Part shown: positions 1 to 9,046 of the stretch, piece by piece
Layout of the letters: each line of letters starts with the position of its first letter
Numbering within the stretch: position 1 is the stretch's first letter
NCBI GenBank assembly: GCA_963817385.1
Contig: CAWFOM010000008.1
Coordinates: forward strand, 172,127 to 236,126
Direction: 5' to 3'
DNA from: an uncultured delta proteobacterium
GTDB taxonomy: Bacteria > Desulfobacterota > Syntrophia > Syntrophales > UBA5619
DNA length: 64,000 bases
Made by a program: the position numbers and the translations under genes
Notes under the pieces: generated by a model
The model's database searches: none
What the model saw: the letters and a program-made list of their open reading frames with translations, nothing else
Told to the model about the DNA's origin: nothing

Positions 1-448
1 CCCTCTCGATCGCCCGACGGTCCTCCTTGAGCTTGATGTCCTCCCGCTTGTCGTAGAGTTTCTTCCCCCGGCCGACGCCGATCTCTACCTTGACTTTCCC
101 GTTTTTGAAATACATCCTCAGCGGGATCAGGGCCAGCCCCCGCTCCTGAGACTTGCCGTACAGCCGCCGGATCTCCCGCTTGTGCATGAGGAGTTTGCGG
201 ATGCGAAGCGGGTTATGATTCTCCCGGTTGCCGTGCGAGTAGGGGCTGACGTGAAGGTCGTAGAGGAAAAGCTCGTCGTCCTTGACCAGGGCGTAGCCGT
301 CCTTGAGGTTCGCCCGGCCGTCCCGGAGGGCCTTCACCTCCGTACCCACGAGGGCGATCCCCGCCTCATAGGTCTCCTCGATGAAATAGTTCATCCTGGC
401 CCGTTTGTTCGAGCAGATCGGCTTTTCCCCGGATTCCTTCCTTGCCAC
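1..448 (-). CDS. smpB: SsrA-binding protein SmpB (3' end runs off window)
   Basis: Manual translation from GTG at 448 (SD AGGAG upstream): ...[31 protein letters not shown]...[14 protein letters not shown]; not in ORF track because truncated. Confidence 0.95.
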   Translation of the reverse strand, partial: MARKESGEKPICSNKRARMNYFIEETYEAGIALVGTEVKALRDGRANLKDGYALVKDDELFLYDLHVSPYSHGNRENHNPLRIRKLLMHKREIRRLYGKSQERGLALIPLRMYFKNGKVKVEIGVGRGKKLYDKREDIKLKEDRRAIER

Positions 449-511
449 GGTGACTCCTGTCCTTCCATTCCCTTCGCGGGGCGGCCATTCCGCCCCTGCA
501 TATGTCCGCGC

Positions 512-1297
512 TTATGGGCCGTCGATCCGCGCCGGCAGGTAATCTGGTTTCACGTGCCCCATCGCCTTCCAGATATTCTCCCGGATGCGGGGATTATCTT
601 TCGCCAACTCGCCGAGGAGTCCCTTGACGTAGCGCCTCCGGGAGGTCCTGCTTGTGGGGCAGCCGTTCTCGATGACCGGGAATCCCCTCTCCCTCCCGTA
701 CTTTTTGACCAGATCCTCCCGGATGTATGCCAGCGGACGGATGATCCGCATCTCCCCTCCGAAGATCGTCTGGTTCGGGACCATAGTGCTGATCTCCCGC
801 CCGTAGAATAGATTGATCAGTAGGGTTTCGATGATGTCGTCCCGGTGGTGGGCGAAGGCGATCTTGTTACATCCTTTCTCGGCAGCAATCTCGAAGATCC
901 GCTTCCGCCGGAGACGCGAGCAGAGGAAGCAGGGGGTTTTTCGGTTGTAGTCACTGTGGGAGAGAGGCCCGATGTCCGTTTTTTCCATGACGTAATGGTA
1001 GGCGCCCTCCCGCAGATATCCCTGCAGCGTATCATAGCCCGCGTAACTCGAATCGAAGCCGGGGTCAATATTTACGGCGAGTATCGAAAAAGAGGGGACG
1101 GTGACCATCGGGGTGTTGAGCAAATCGAGGAGTGACATGCTGTCCATCCCGCCTGAGACGCCTACCAGTACGCGGTCTCCCCCGGCGATCATTCCATAAT
1201 CCATGACCGCCTTCTCCAGCCACTTTTTCAGATGCAGGAACAACCTCGATCGCTTTTCTTCCGGCATCATCCCCCAAATCCCGTTACCATGATTCAT
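512..1297 (-). CDS. ttcA: tRNA 2-thiocytidine biosynthesis protein TtcA family (start may be ATG at 1270)
   Basis: PP-loop [26 protein letters not shown] motifs. Confidence 0.85.
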   Translation of the reverse strand: MNHGNGIWGMMPEEKRSRLFLHLKKWLEKAVMDYGMIAGGDRVLVGVSGGMDSMSLLDLLNTPMVTVPSFSILAVNIDPGFDSSYAGYDTLQGYLREGAYHYVMEKTDIGPLSHSDYNRKTPCFLCSRLRRKRIFEIAAEKGCNKIAFAHHRDDIIETLLINLFYGREISTMVPNQTIFGGEMRIIRPLAYIREDLVKKYGRERGFPVIENGCPTSRTSRRRYVKGLLGELAKDNPRIRENIWKAMGHVKPDYLPARIDGP

Positions 1298-1475
1298 GAA
1301 TTCTATCCGAGATCGACCCGGTTATCAAGAAACTTTCATCGGTGCCGCCGCCGTCTATCGCATTGATAATCACATCCATTTGGTATGGAAATACCCCAGG
1401 CAGCGGGCAGGATCCGCCGCATCTTTTCAATCATTCCCGAAATTGCATGCACAGCCCAGCCAGAAGGAGGCCGTT

Positions 1476-1736
1476 ATGACAGAAATCATCAATATCAATG
1501 CCCGGGAGATCCTGGATTCGCGCGGCAACCCGACCGTGGAAGCCCAGGAAACCCTGCTTTCGGGAATCGTCGGACGGACCTCCGTGCCCGAGGCGAAGTA
1601 CAACCGGCTGCTGAGGATCAAAGAGGAGATGGGCGATGCCGCCGTCTATCGGGGTCGCTCCGTCCGGCATTTAATACTGGCGAAAAATAATGAAATTCCG
1701 GCAATGGACGATGAGGAGATGATTAGAGGAACTTGA
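1476..1736 (+). pseudogene. eno: Internally deleted enolase remnant / mini-enolase (86 aa): N-terminal ~38 aa fused in frame to C-terminal helix
   Basis: SD AAGGAGG then [23 protein letters not shown]...GRTSVP joined directly to [19 protein letters not shown]. Confidence 0.8.
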
Positions 1737-4359
1737 ACAGCCTGCGGCGGAGGGATTCCAGCTGCACCTTGTTTCCCGTCAGGACGTATCTATTGGTGAG
1801 ACGCTTTTCTCCCTTATCCTGCACCTCCGTTACGGAGATGATGTTTACATCCTGCAGATACCGTATGGCGCTTTGATAATTGGACTGAGACAGGGCCTCC
1901 GCCCTCCGGATTTCTCCCTTCCGGTACATCCTCGCCCCGAGACCCCGGATATTTTTCAGCCAATCCCGTTCCGCCTTCGGCCCCTTCCGGAGATAGTACG
2001 CTCCCCGAACAACCACCCAGTAGGATTCCATATAATTGTGGATGAGACCCGCAAAAGGGAGGAGGTTGGTCCGGCCCCGCCCCTTCACCTCAATCCAGGC
2101 CTTCTCATCCTTGTCGAAACCGGCAATCATCCCCCTATCGCGCAGATAGGCAAGGACCTCCCTTACCTCTTCCCCATCACTTTTCTGATCGTCAAAGATG
2201 AATTCATGGCGGAAGAGGCGTTTGAAAAAGGAGTAGTCATCGCTGATCCGATTGATGGGGACCATATCCTCTGAACTCGTCAATACTGACATTGCAACAA
2301 AACTCATTGGGAGAAAATAGTGGAGGATATTGTTTTTGTAATACTCGAGATTCATCCGTTTGTCATCCTCGAGAGAATAGACGATCTCCTCAACTTCTTC
2401 TTCCTCTTCTTCCGTCCCCATGCGGGAGATGAGCCCCGACTGATTGAAGAGGTGCAGGGCTTCGGTGACCGCCTTTTCCCTGTCGGCGAAGGTCATGGCG
2501 AAAGAAACCTTGCGGAACGCGAGATAGTCGTAAAACAACTCCAAAACCTCCCTGAGTTCTCCCAACGAGATCCCTCTCCGGTCGTAACAAAGGAGACCCA
2601 CGGCCGTCAGCGCAAAGGGGGTCACCACCGACACCTTGTTGATCGCCCGAACGATGGTATAGCCGATCCGACGGTAAAGACTCTGCCTCTCTTCAACGGT
2701 CATCTCCTCCAGGGGTTTTTCCTGGCTCGCAAGGTAGGATTTAAGCAGGATCGGGTCCCCGACATTCATGTAGACGCGACCGTACCGTCTCCGGAGCAGC
2801 TTGCTGCTCTTGATCATCTCGGTCGCCCGCTCCTTCTCCTTGGGGGTGCCTCCGAGCTCCTGAAGATACGCCTTCTCCTCGACCACCCGGTCATATCCGA
2901 TATAGACGGGGATAGCCGCCAGATCATCACAGGCCTTTTCCTGATAGGCCTGGATGATCATCGAGAGGAGTCCGTACTTGGGCATCACCATCTTCCCCGT
3001 CCGGCTGCGCCCTCCCTCAATGAAGAATTCCAAAGGCAGCCCCTCTTTCAGGAGTACCTTTACATACTTGGTAAAAACCTCGGCATAGAGATCGTTTCCC
3101 TTGAAGCTCCTGCGTAGAAAGAATGCACCTGATTTTCGGAAGATGTATCCCATAGGAAAGAAAGAAAGATTGGTCCCTGCTGCTACGAACGGCATCTGAA
3201 TGTTGTTCTTGTAGAAGATATGAGAAAGGAGGAGGTAATCAAAATGGCTCCGGTGGCAAGGGATAATGACAAAGGGCATCTTCTTGGACACGTTTCTGAT
3301 TTTTGCTATACCCTCGCCATCGACCACGACACCGTCATAGATGTTGTTCCAGAGCCAGTCGAGAATCCTGTCCCAGATCTCTACAAAGATCTCACTATAA
3401 TCGGAGGCGATCTCATCCAGGTATATTCTTGCCTCCTTCCGGACCGCGTTAAAATCCCGCTTCGTCTTTTTCGCCTTCACCGCCATCTCTTCCATGAAGG
3501 TCACGAGACCTCTGTCCCTGAGGACCATGCCGATAATCTCCTCACGGGATTTCAGGAGAGGTCCCACGATCGTCGCCTTTTCCTCATCGATCCGGGCTAT
3601 CAGATCCCCGCGGAGCTGCCGGACGAGCTCTTCGCGGGATGCACCTTCACCGGTATTGATGAACTCGGCAAGGTTGACCGGTTCGGCGGAGATGACCGAG
3701 GCTTTGTTGGAATACCTGAGGAAGGTGATGACCCGACGCAGGGGGTCGGTCGCATCGCTCTGGCCGAAGAGGATGTTGATCAAACTTTCCTCTTCCTTTT
3801 CTCTTCTGCGCCCGTAGGTGATCAGTTCCGGACAGAGGTAGATCGGCACATCCAAGGTTGCCTGCACCTCCATCAGCTGGGAGAGGGTCTTAGAAACAAA
3901 AGGGTTTTCAAAGAGTTCCGATTCTCCGAGATGGATAATGGCGCTTTTCCTGCTACGAAGAAGTTCTTTGAGATACCCCGACTGAACGGGATCGAGGGTG
4001 GTCTTTTTGAATATCCGATAAGAAAGATAGGACATGATCACCCGGAGGGCGAAGGGAAACGGCTGCCAGCTGATCATGTTGATACCGTGACAGTAAACAG
4101 GAGGGGGAATCGCCTTCCGTATGCAGATTTCCCTGAGGATCAGGCTGTTGAGTTGACTTTTATCTTTCAGTGCATAGACGATGATCCCCTTTTCCGATAG
4201 CGCCTTGAGCTTTTCCGCCGTCTCATCGGTGATCCGAACCTTGGAGAGCACCTTCCGGAGCAGTCGGGAGAGAGGAAAATTATCTTCACGGTAGAGACTC
4301 CCCGCATAGTATGCGCCGATCTCCGTGGTCCATGATCTGACAGTCGACAGGACGGACAT
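1723..4359 (-). CDS. plsB: Glycerol-3-phosphate O-acyltransferase, PlsB type
   Basis: 878 aa; HRSHFD (HxxxxD), [17 protein letters not shown] motifs. Confidence 0.9.
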   Translation of the reverse strand: MSVLSTVRSWTTEIGAYYAGSLYREDNFPLSRLLRKVLSKVRITDETAEKLKALSEKGIIVYALKDKSQLNSLILREICIRKAIPPPVYCHGINMISWQPFPFALRVIMSYLSYRIFKKTTLDPVQSGYLKELLRSRKSAIIHLGESELFENPFVSKTLSQLMEVQATLDVPIYLCPELITYGRRREKEEESLINILFGQSDATDPLRRVITFLRYSNKASVISAEPVNLAEFINTGEGASREELVRQLRGDLIARIDEEKATIVGPLLKSREEIIGMVLRDRGLVTFMEEMAVKAKKTKRDFNAVRKEARIYLDEIASDYSEIFVEIWDRILDWLWNNIYDGVVVDGEGIAKIRNVSKKMPFVIIPCHRSHFDYLLLSHIFYKNNIQMPFVAAGTNLSFFPMGYIFRKSGAFFLRRSFKGNDLYAEVFTKYVKVLLKEGLPLEFFIEGGRSRTGKMVMPKYGLLSMIIQAYQEKACDDLAAIPVYIGYDRVVEEKAYLQELGGTPKEKERATEMIKSSKLLRRRYGRVYMNVGDPILLKSYLASQEKPLEEMTVEERQSLYRRIGYTIVRAINKVSVVTPFALTAVGLLCYDRRGISLGELREVLELFYDYLAFRKVSFAMTFADREKAVTEALHLFNQSGLISRMGTEEEEEEVEEIVYSLEDDKRMNLEYYKNNILHYFLPMSFVAMSVLTSSEDMVPINRISDDYSFFKRLFRHEFIFDDQKSDGEEVREVLAYLRDRGMIAGFDKDEKAWIEVKGRGRTNLLPFAGLIHNYMESYWVVVRGAYYLRKGPKAERDWLKNIRGLGARMYRKGEIRRAEALSQSNYQSAIRYLQDVNIISVTEVQDKGEKRLTNRYVLTGNKVQLESLRRRLFKFL

Positions 4360-4484
4360 GCTCCCTCAGGCCCTCCCCATAACCGAAAATGCCTGCAGAA
4401 TCCCCGGGTCTGTCTTCAAACGCATGAAATTCTCTCTCTTCTCCCACTCCCCATGACTCATTCCCCCGGATCTATCGGGGGTTA

Positions 4485-6290
4485 TCACAGACCGTTCACC
4501 TGAAATTCCTCCGGAAAGCGTTTCCGCATGGCTGCATCCACAAAAGCCCGGATCTCCGCAGTGGAGGAAAGGGTCATCACCTTGTTCAGGAGGGTCTTCG
4601 ACTCCTTCAGCGTTGATCCCCGGATGATCTTCTTTACCCGGGGGATAGCCAACGGATTCATACTCAATTCATCCAGCTCCAGCCCCAGCAGGATCATGGT
4701 ATATGCCGGCTCTCCCGCCATCTCCCCGCACATTGCCACCCTGATCCCCGACTTATGACCGATTTCTACAACATGTTTGATCAGGCGCAGGACGGCCGGA
4801 TGGAGCGGTTCATACAGGTAGGTAACCCGTTCATTGATCCTGTCGATTGCCAGGACATACTGGATGAGGTCGTTGGTTCCGATGCTGAAGAAATCCACTT
4901 CTTTGGCCAGTTCTTCGGCAACGATCACCGCCGAGGGGACTTCGATCATAACACCAATCTCGATATCCGTACCCACGGATTCCCCTCTGGCCAGCAATTC
5001 ATCTTTTACTTCGGAAAAGATCCGCTTGGCTTCTCGGATCTCCTCGATACCCGAAATCATCGGAAACATGACCCTGATCTTCCCTTGGGTGCTCACCCGA
5101 AGAATCGCCCGGAGTTGGATCTTGAAGAGTTCCAACTCCTTCAGGCAGAAACGGATGGCCCGGAGACCCAGTTGGGGATTTAATTCACGGATATGCTTTT
5201 GATCCGGGAAGAACTTGTCGCCGCCCAGGTCGAACGTGCGGATCGTAGACCAGCAAAGGCCTTTGACACCAACTACGGAACGGTAGTTGGCGAGATGATC
5301 TTCTTCGCTGGGAAGTTCTTCACGGTTGATGTAGAGGAACTCCGTCCGGTAAAGCCCGATCCCGTCTGCGCCATGAGCGATAGCGGAGGGGATCTCTTCG
5401 ACAAATTCAATGTTGCCGCCAATTTCCACACGGTAGTCATCCTTCGTCACCGCCGGAAGTCTTGCATAATCCAGCAGATCGTCTTGAGCCTCCTCATAGA
5501 GTCTCTTCTTGTCTTCGTACCGTTTGCGCACCTCCGGATCGGGATGGACGATCACGACACCGGCGGAACCATCGATGATGATATCGTCATTGGTCCGGAC
5601 GGCCCGGGTGATATTCTCCAGACCGACTACGGCAGGGATCTCGATCGACCGGGCCACGATCGCCGTATGGGAGGTCTTCCCCCCAATGTCCGTCGCGAAC
5701 CCCAGCACCTTGTCGATCTTCATCTGCGCCGTATCCGCTGGCGAAAGATCGGCGGCGATGATGACGACCTTTTCTCCCATGTCGAGAACTACTCGTTTTT
5801 TCCCGGCGAGATTTGCCAGGATCCGCTGTCCGGCATACTGGATATCGCTGATGCGACCCCGAAGGTAGTCGTCATCCATCCTGTCGAAAATCTCCCGGTA
5901 TTTGTCGACGGTCATACGGACTGCCCATTCAGCATTGACGGACATCTCCCGGATATTCTGAATGGTCCGGTCGATGAATTTCCGATCCTTCATAATCATG
6001 ATGTGGACATCGATGATATAGAGCGGATCCATGCCTCCGCCAAGATCACTAAGCGTATTCTTCAGCTCAAGAAGCTGTTTTACCGACTCCCGGAGCGCCT
6101 TGCGGAAGCGCCGAATCTCCTTGGTAATCAGCCCCGGATCACTCAGTTTATAGAAAGGAACGTGCGCATCGAGCCGGTCGAAAAGATAGGCCTTGCCGAT
6201 CACAATACCCGGAGAAACGCCGATCCCCTTCATGACAAAAGTTTTCTTCAGATCATCAGTATCCATGGAACCCTTATCCTCTTCGATCAA
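4485..6290 (-). CDS. ptsI: PTS enzyme I (PEP-protein phosphotransferase)
   Basis: GGKTSHTAI phospho-His motif, GLYRTEF, NPQLGLRAIR, DFFSIGTNDL, MCGE. Confidence 0.96.
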   Translation of the reverse strand: MIEEDKGSMDTDDLKKTFVMKGIGVSPGIVIGKAYLFDRLDAHVPFYKLSDPGLITKEIRRFRKALRESVKQLLELKNTLSDLGGGMDPLYIIDVHIMIMKDRKFIDRTIQNIREMSVNAEWAVRMTVDKYREIFDRMDDDYLRGRISDIQYAGQRILANLAGKKRVVLDMGEKVVIIAADLSPADTAQMKIDKVLGFATDIGGKTSHTAIVARSIEIPAVVGLENITRAVRTNDDIIIDGSAGVVIVHPDPEVRKRYEDKKRLYEEAQDDLLDYARLPAVTKDDYRVEIGGNIEFVEEIPSAIAHGADGIGLYRTEFLYINREELPSEEDHLANYRSVVGVKGLCWSTIRTFDLGGDKFFPDQKHIRELNPQLGLRAIRFCLKELELFKIQLRAILRVSTQGKIRVMFPMISGIEEIREAKRIFSEVKDELLARGESVGTDIEIGVMIEVPSAVIVAEELAKEVDFFSIGTNDLIQYVLAIDRINERVTYLYEPLHPAVLRLIKHVVEIGHKSGIRVAMCGEMAGEPAYTMILLGLELDELSMNPLAIPRVKKIIRGSTLKESKTLLNKVMTLSSTAEIRAFVDAAMRKRFPEEFQVNGL

Positions 6291-6313
6291 ACACCGGACA
6301 GGTCACGGTGCCA

Positions 6314-6583
6314 TCACGTCTCTCCGAATTTAGCGGTAATCAGCCGAACAAAAGCCTCCATCGCCTCCCGTGCATCGACACCCTCCGTACGAACCGTCAG
6401 CCGGCTCCCGTAGGGACAGAACAGGGTGAGAATCCCCAGGATGCTCCGTCCGTTGACCTCGACACCATCCTTCTCCAATAATACCTCCGACTGAAAACGA
6501 TTGGCGGTTTCGACTAATTTAGCGGCAACTCTGGCATGAATGCCTAGCTGATTCGTGATTTCAAACGTTCTGATTTCGACCAT
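6314..6583 (-). CDS. ptsH: Phosphocarrier protein HPr
   Basis: GIHAR (His15) and GRSILG (Ser46) motifs. Confidence 0.95.
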   Translation of the reverse strand: MVEIRTFEITNQLGIHARVAAKLVETANRFQSEVLLEKDGVEVNGRSILGILTLFCPYGSRLTVRTEGVDAREAMEAFVRLITAKFGET

Positions 6584-6584
6584 A

Positions 6585-7307
6585 TTATATGGATAGAACC
6601 ATGCATAAAAGCATCATCCCGTAGAGGACCGTAACGGGAGAAATTCCTCTGCGAACCCCGGTAAAACACAGGATAATCAGGACCAGCACAACCGCCTTCA
6701 CCGGAATTTCGGGGAGGAAAGTCCAGGAACGGTAGAACATCTCCCCGGCCACAGCCGAGAGGATACCGATCAGCGTAAGCGACAGAAGCCGTATTTTCCC
6801 GGCTACTCCAGGGAGGTCCAACATACGGATAAAGTCGATGCTCCCTTTGCCCCGGCGGTATCCCTCGATAAACCCTTTTCCTCTGACCCATAAGTGGGTA
6901 GGATTATGGAGAATCAGAAGCACCAAGGGCGCCAGGAGAACCCCCATCAGAGCCAGAAGAACGGCGGTGACGGATGAAAATGACCTCAACGCCCCCCAGA
7001 AGAAGGGATCTCCTATCGCCGCATACGGCCCCATGACGGCCTTCTTCAGATGATCAGCCGCCTCGGTATCACCGTCTTCCTCAAGCCTCACCACAGAGCC
7101 GATGACCAGGCCGGTGAGGTAGGGATGAGTATTGAACATTTCCAGATGCCTCATGAGTGACGCCGAGCGACGTTGCGGATCACATTCCTGACGGGTCAGA
7201 GGCAACAGGGAAAAAGCGAAACCCAGACTCTGCATCCTGTAGAAGTTGAAGGAGGTCTGAATTGTCAGTGACCGCAGGAAAATGCGGAATAGCACCTTTT
7301 TTTTCAT
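6585..7307 (-). CDS. PTS mannose/fructose/sorbose family IID component
   Basis: SFNFYRMQSLGF, RHLEMFNTHP, MGPYAAIGDPFFW motifs; start taken at MKKK. Confidence 0.9.
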   Translation of the reverse strand: MKKKVLFRIFLRSLTIQTSFNFYRMQSLGFAFSLLPLTRQECDPQRRSASLMRHLEMFNTHPYLTGLVIGSVVRLEEDGDTEAADHLKKAVMGPYAAIGDPFFWGALRSFSSVTAVLLALMGVLLAPLVLLILHNPTHLWVRGKGFIEGYRRGKGSIDFIRMLDLPGVAGKIRLLSLTLIGILSAVAGEMFYRSWTFLPEIPVKAVVLVLIILCFTGVRRGISPVTVLYGMMLLCMVLSI

Positions 7308-7622
7308 GCTTACTACCCTCGCCGGGAACATCAGGCCAACCGATCGCGCCGTACGCGCCCTCTCTCCTCATGTGCATACGGAGAATCAAAGTACATTCCG
7401 GCACTGATTGATGGCGTTGCCTACCATGAAAGACATATGAAGTCAATCAATTCACCCCCCTGACGACACCGATTTCTCAGCGGTTCGGACAAGATATGTT
7501 TGCCGATTGGAAACCTGTCGGGGAATCGTATCCCCCTGCCATTCCCGGCGATCCGGTGTCGATATCTTTTCATACCGGAATCACAATATTATTTTTCTAA
7601 TTATCACAGGAGAAAATTTTTC

Positions 7623-7651
7623 TTGACATCGGGTTTTAATTTTGATAGCAA
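7623..7651 (+). promoter_or_regulatory. Putative sigma70 promoter for the PxxKW gene
   Basis: TTGACA-N17-TAGCAA with extended -10 TG. Confidence 0.5.
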
Positions 7652-7674
7652 AGCACGCCTTGAAGAAAGGGAAT

Positions 7675-7725
7675 AACCGACCCGCTTGGCCATAACCATG
7701 GTTTTGAAAGCGGGTCGGTTTTTTT
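7675..7725 (+). terminator. Terminator-like hairpin within the putative 5' leader of the PxxKW gene
   Basis: 13-bp perfect stem AACCGACCCGCTT/AAGCGGGTCGGTT followed by T run. Confidence 0.6.
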
Positions 7726-7756
7726 AGGATTTTGTATACCTATCAAAAAAGAGGAG

Positions 7757-8044
7757 ATGAACATGATTTGTCAAACCATCAAAAGCGGCATCGAGTGCGG
7801 CTTCATGACGAAGAAGGGTTGCGGATTCAACGGAGGCAGCTGCCTGTCCATCATCGATAAATGTGAAGGATGCGGCAAGATCATCGACTGTGCAACGGGA
7901 AAGTACTGCCGGGTTTATCCGGATCCGGCCGGAAAGTGGCGAACGGGGAAATGCCCGACGGCCACGCATATTAAAGTAGAGGTCAAGGAAACGACCCAGA
8001 AAGTCAATCCGCTGAAGGCTTCCAAGCGGGCCAGTAAGAAGTAG
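7757..8044 (+). CDS. PxxKW family cysteine-rich small protein
   Basis: SD GAGGAG; Cys-rich, YPDPAGKW..GKCPTATH, basic C-terminus NPLKASKR. Confidence 0.85.
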   Translation: MNMICQTIKSGIECGFMTKKGCGFNGGSCLSIIDKCEGCGKIIDCATGKYCRVYPDPAGKWRTGKCPTATHIKVEVKETTQKVNPLKASKRASKK

Positions 8045-8123
8045 CGCGCCTCTCGTCATCTCGCTTGTTTTCCCCTTGCTGCCGGCAAGGAGGGCAGACA
8101 GGACAGGCCTACCACACAAAAGC

Positions 8124-8166
8124 AAAAGGCCGATTCGAAACCGGAGGGTTTCCATCGGCCTTTTTT
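8124..8166. terminator. Bidirectional intrinsic terminator between convergent genes
   Basis: AAAAGGCCGAT..GAAACC ggag GGTTTC.ATCGGCCTTTTTT. Confidence 0.75.
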
Positions 8167-8191
8167 CTTGATTGTGCTGTTGAGGCCTTGA

Positions 8192-8530
8192 CTACCTAAG
8201 GAGGTCTCTTATCTGCCGCAATCCCTTCTCTACTTCCGCGAGGATCTCTTCCCGCCCGTCTTTTGCAGGACATCCCTCCTCGCCCCGCATCTTCCGGAGC
8301 TGTTTCCTGGCTCCATTGATGGTAAAATTCTCTTTATACAGGAGTTTCCGAATCAGCAGGAGCTCCTCCACATCCCTGTACCGATAGAGTCGCTGATCAG
8401 ATCTGGTGCGAATTGGCCTGACCGTTTTGAATTCCGATTCCCAGTAGCGGATCACGTAAGGCTGAACATGCAACAATCTGCTGACTTCACCGATCCGGAA
8501 ATAAGACTTATCGGGAATCGACCCATCCAT
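8192..8530 (-). CDS. MerR-family transcriptional regulator (ihfA-linked)
   Basis: IPDKSYFRIGEVS...YVIRYWESEF...QRLYR; usual position downstream of ihfA. Confidence 0.9.
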   Translation of the reverse strand: MDGSIPDKSYFRIGEVSRLLHVQPYVIRYWESEFKTVRPIRTRSDQRLYRYRDVEELLLIRKLLYKENFTINGARKQLRKMRGEEGCPAKDGREEILAEVEKGLRQIRDLLR

Positions 8531-8607
8531 AATCAAATCCCAATATCATGCATGATGTCCTGAAGTCCCCGCATCCGGCTTGTGATTCACCCACTTCCGA
8601 AATTGAG

Positions 8608-8719
8608 GCCTTCCGCAGCAAGCTGCGGAGAATCTCCGCTCCGTAAGGAACAGACCATTCAGTTTTCACTCGCCTACCCCGCGGCTGGCCGCGATAAATG
8701 GGCTCGCGGCTGGATTCAA
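8608..8719. repeat. ~110-bp palindromic interspersed repeat, family A copy 1
   Basis: CCGCAGCAAGCTGCGG hairpin, TAAGGAA core, CCCCGCGGC..CCGCG hairpin; aligns by eye with 26903-27015. Confidence 0.7.
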
Positions 8720-8732
8720 TCCGGATGTCGGA

Positions 8733-9008
8733 TCAGTCGTTGAGCGCCTTGCGAAGAACCTGACTGGACTTGAAGGTCAGCACTCTTCGGGCAGAGATGG
8801 CGATCTCATCACCGGTCTGAGGATTTCTTCCCCGCCGGGATTTTTTCTCCTTGACGACGAAATTTCCGAACCCGGAAATCTTGATCTTCTCACCCTTCGT
8901 GAGGCTGTTTTTGATAATATCGAAGACCGACTCGACGATCCTCGCCGAATCTTTCTTCGAAAATCCCAGTTTTTCGTACACGTCCTGAATGATATCGATC
9001 TTTGTCAT
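8733..9008 (-). CDS. ihfA: Integration host factor alpha subunit
   Basis: KISGFGNF..KEKKSRRGRNPQTG; follows pheT. Confidence 0.95.
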   Translation of the reverse strand: MTKIDIIQDVYEKLGFSKKDSARIVESVFDIIKNSLTKGEKIKISGFGNFVVKEKKSRRGRNPQTGDEIAISARRVLTFKSSQVLRKALND

Positions 9009-9046
9009 TGCTTGCCTCCTCCTTTGATTCCCGATTGGTCTGTCCT

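Noticed and set aside
5193..6413. Long antisense ORFs (e.g. 5193-6413, 14378-15538, 46024-47217, 50215-51516)
   Set aside because: Shadow frames opposite well-supported genes in GC-rich DNA, with no recognisable motifs.
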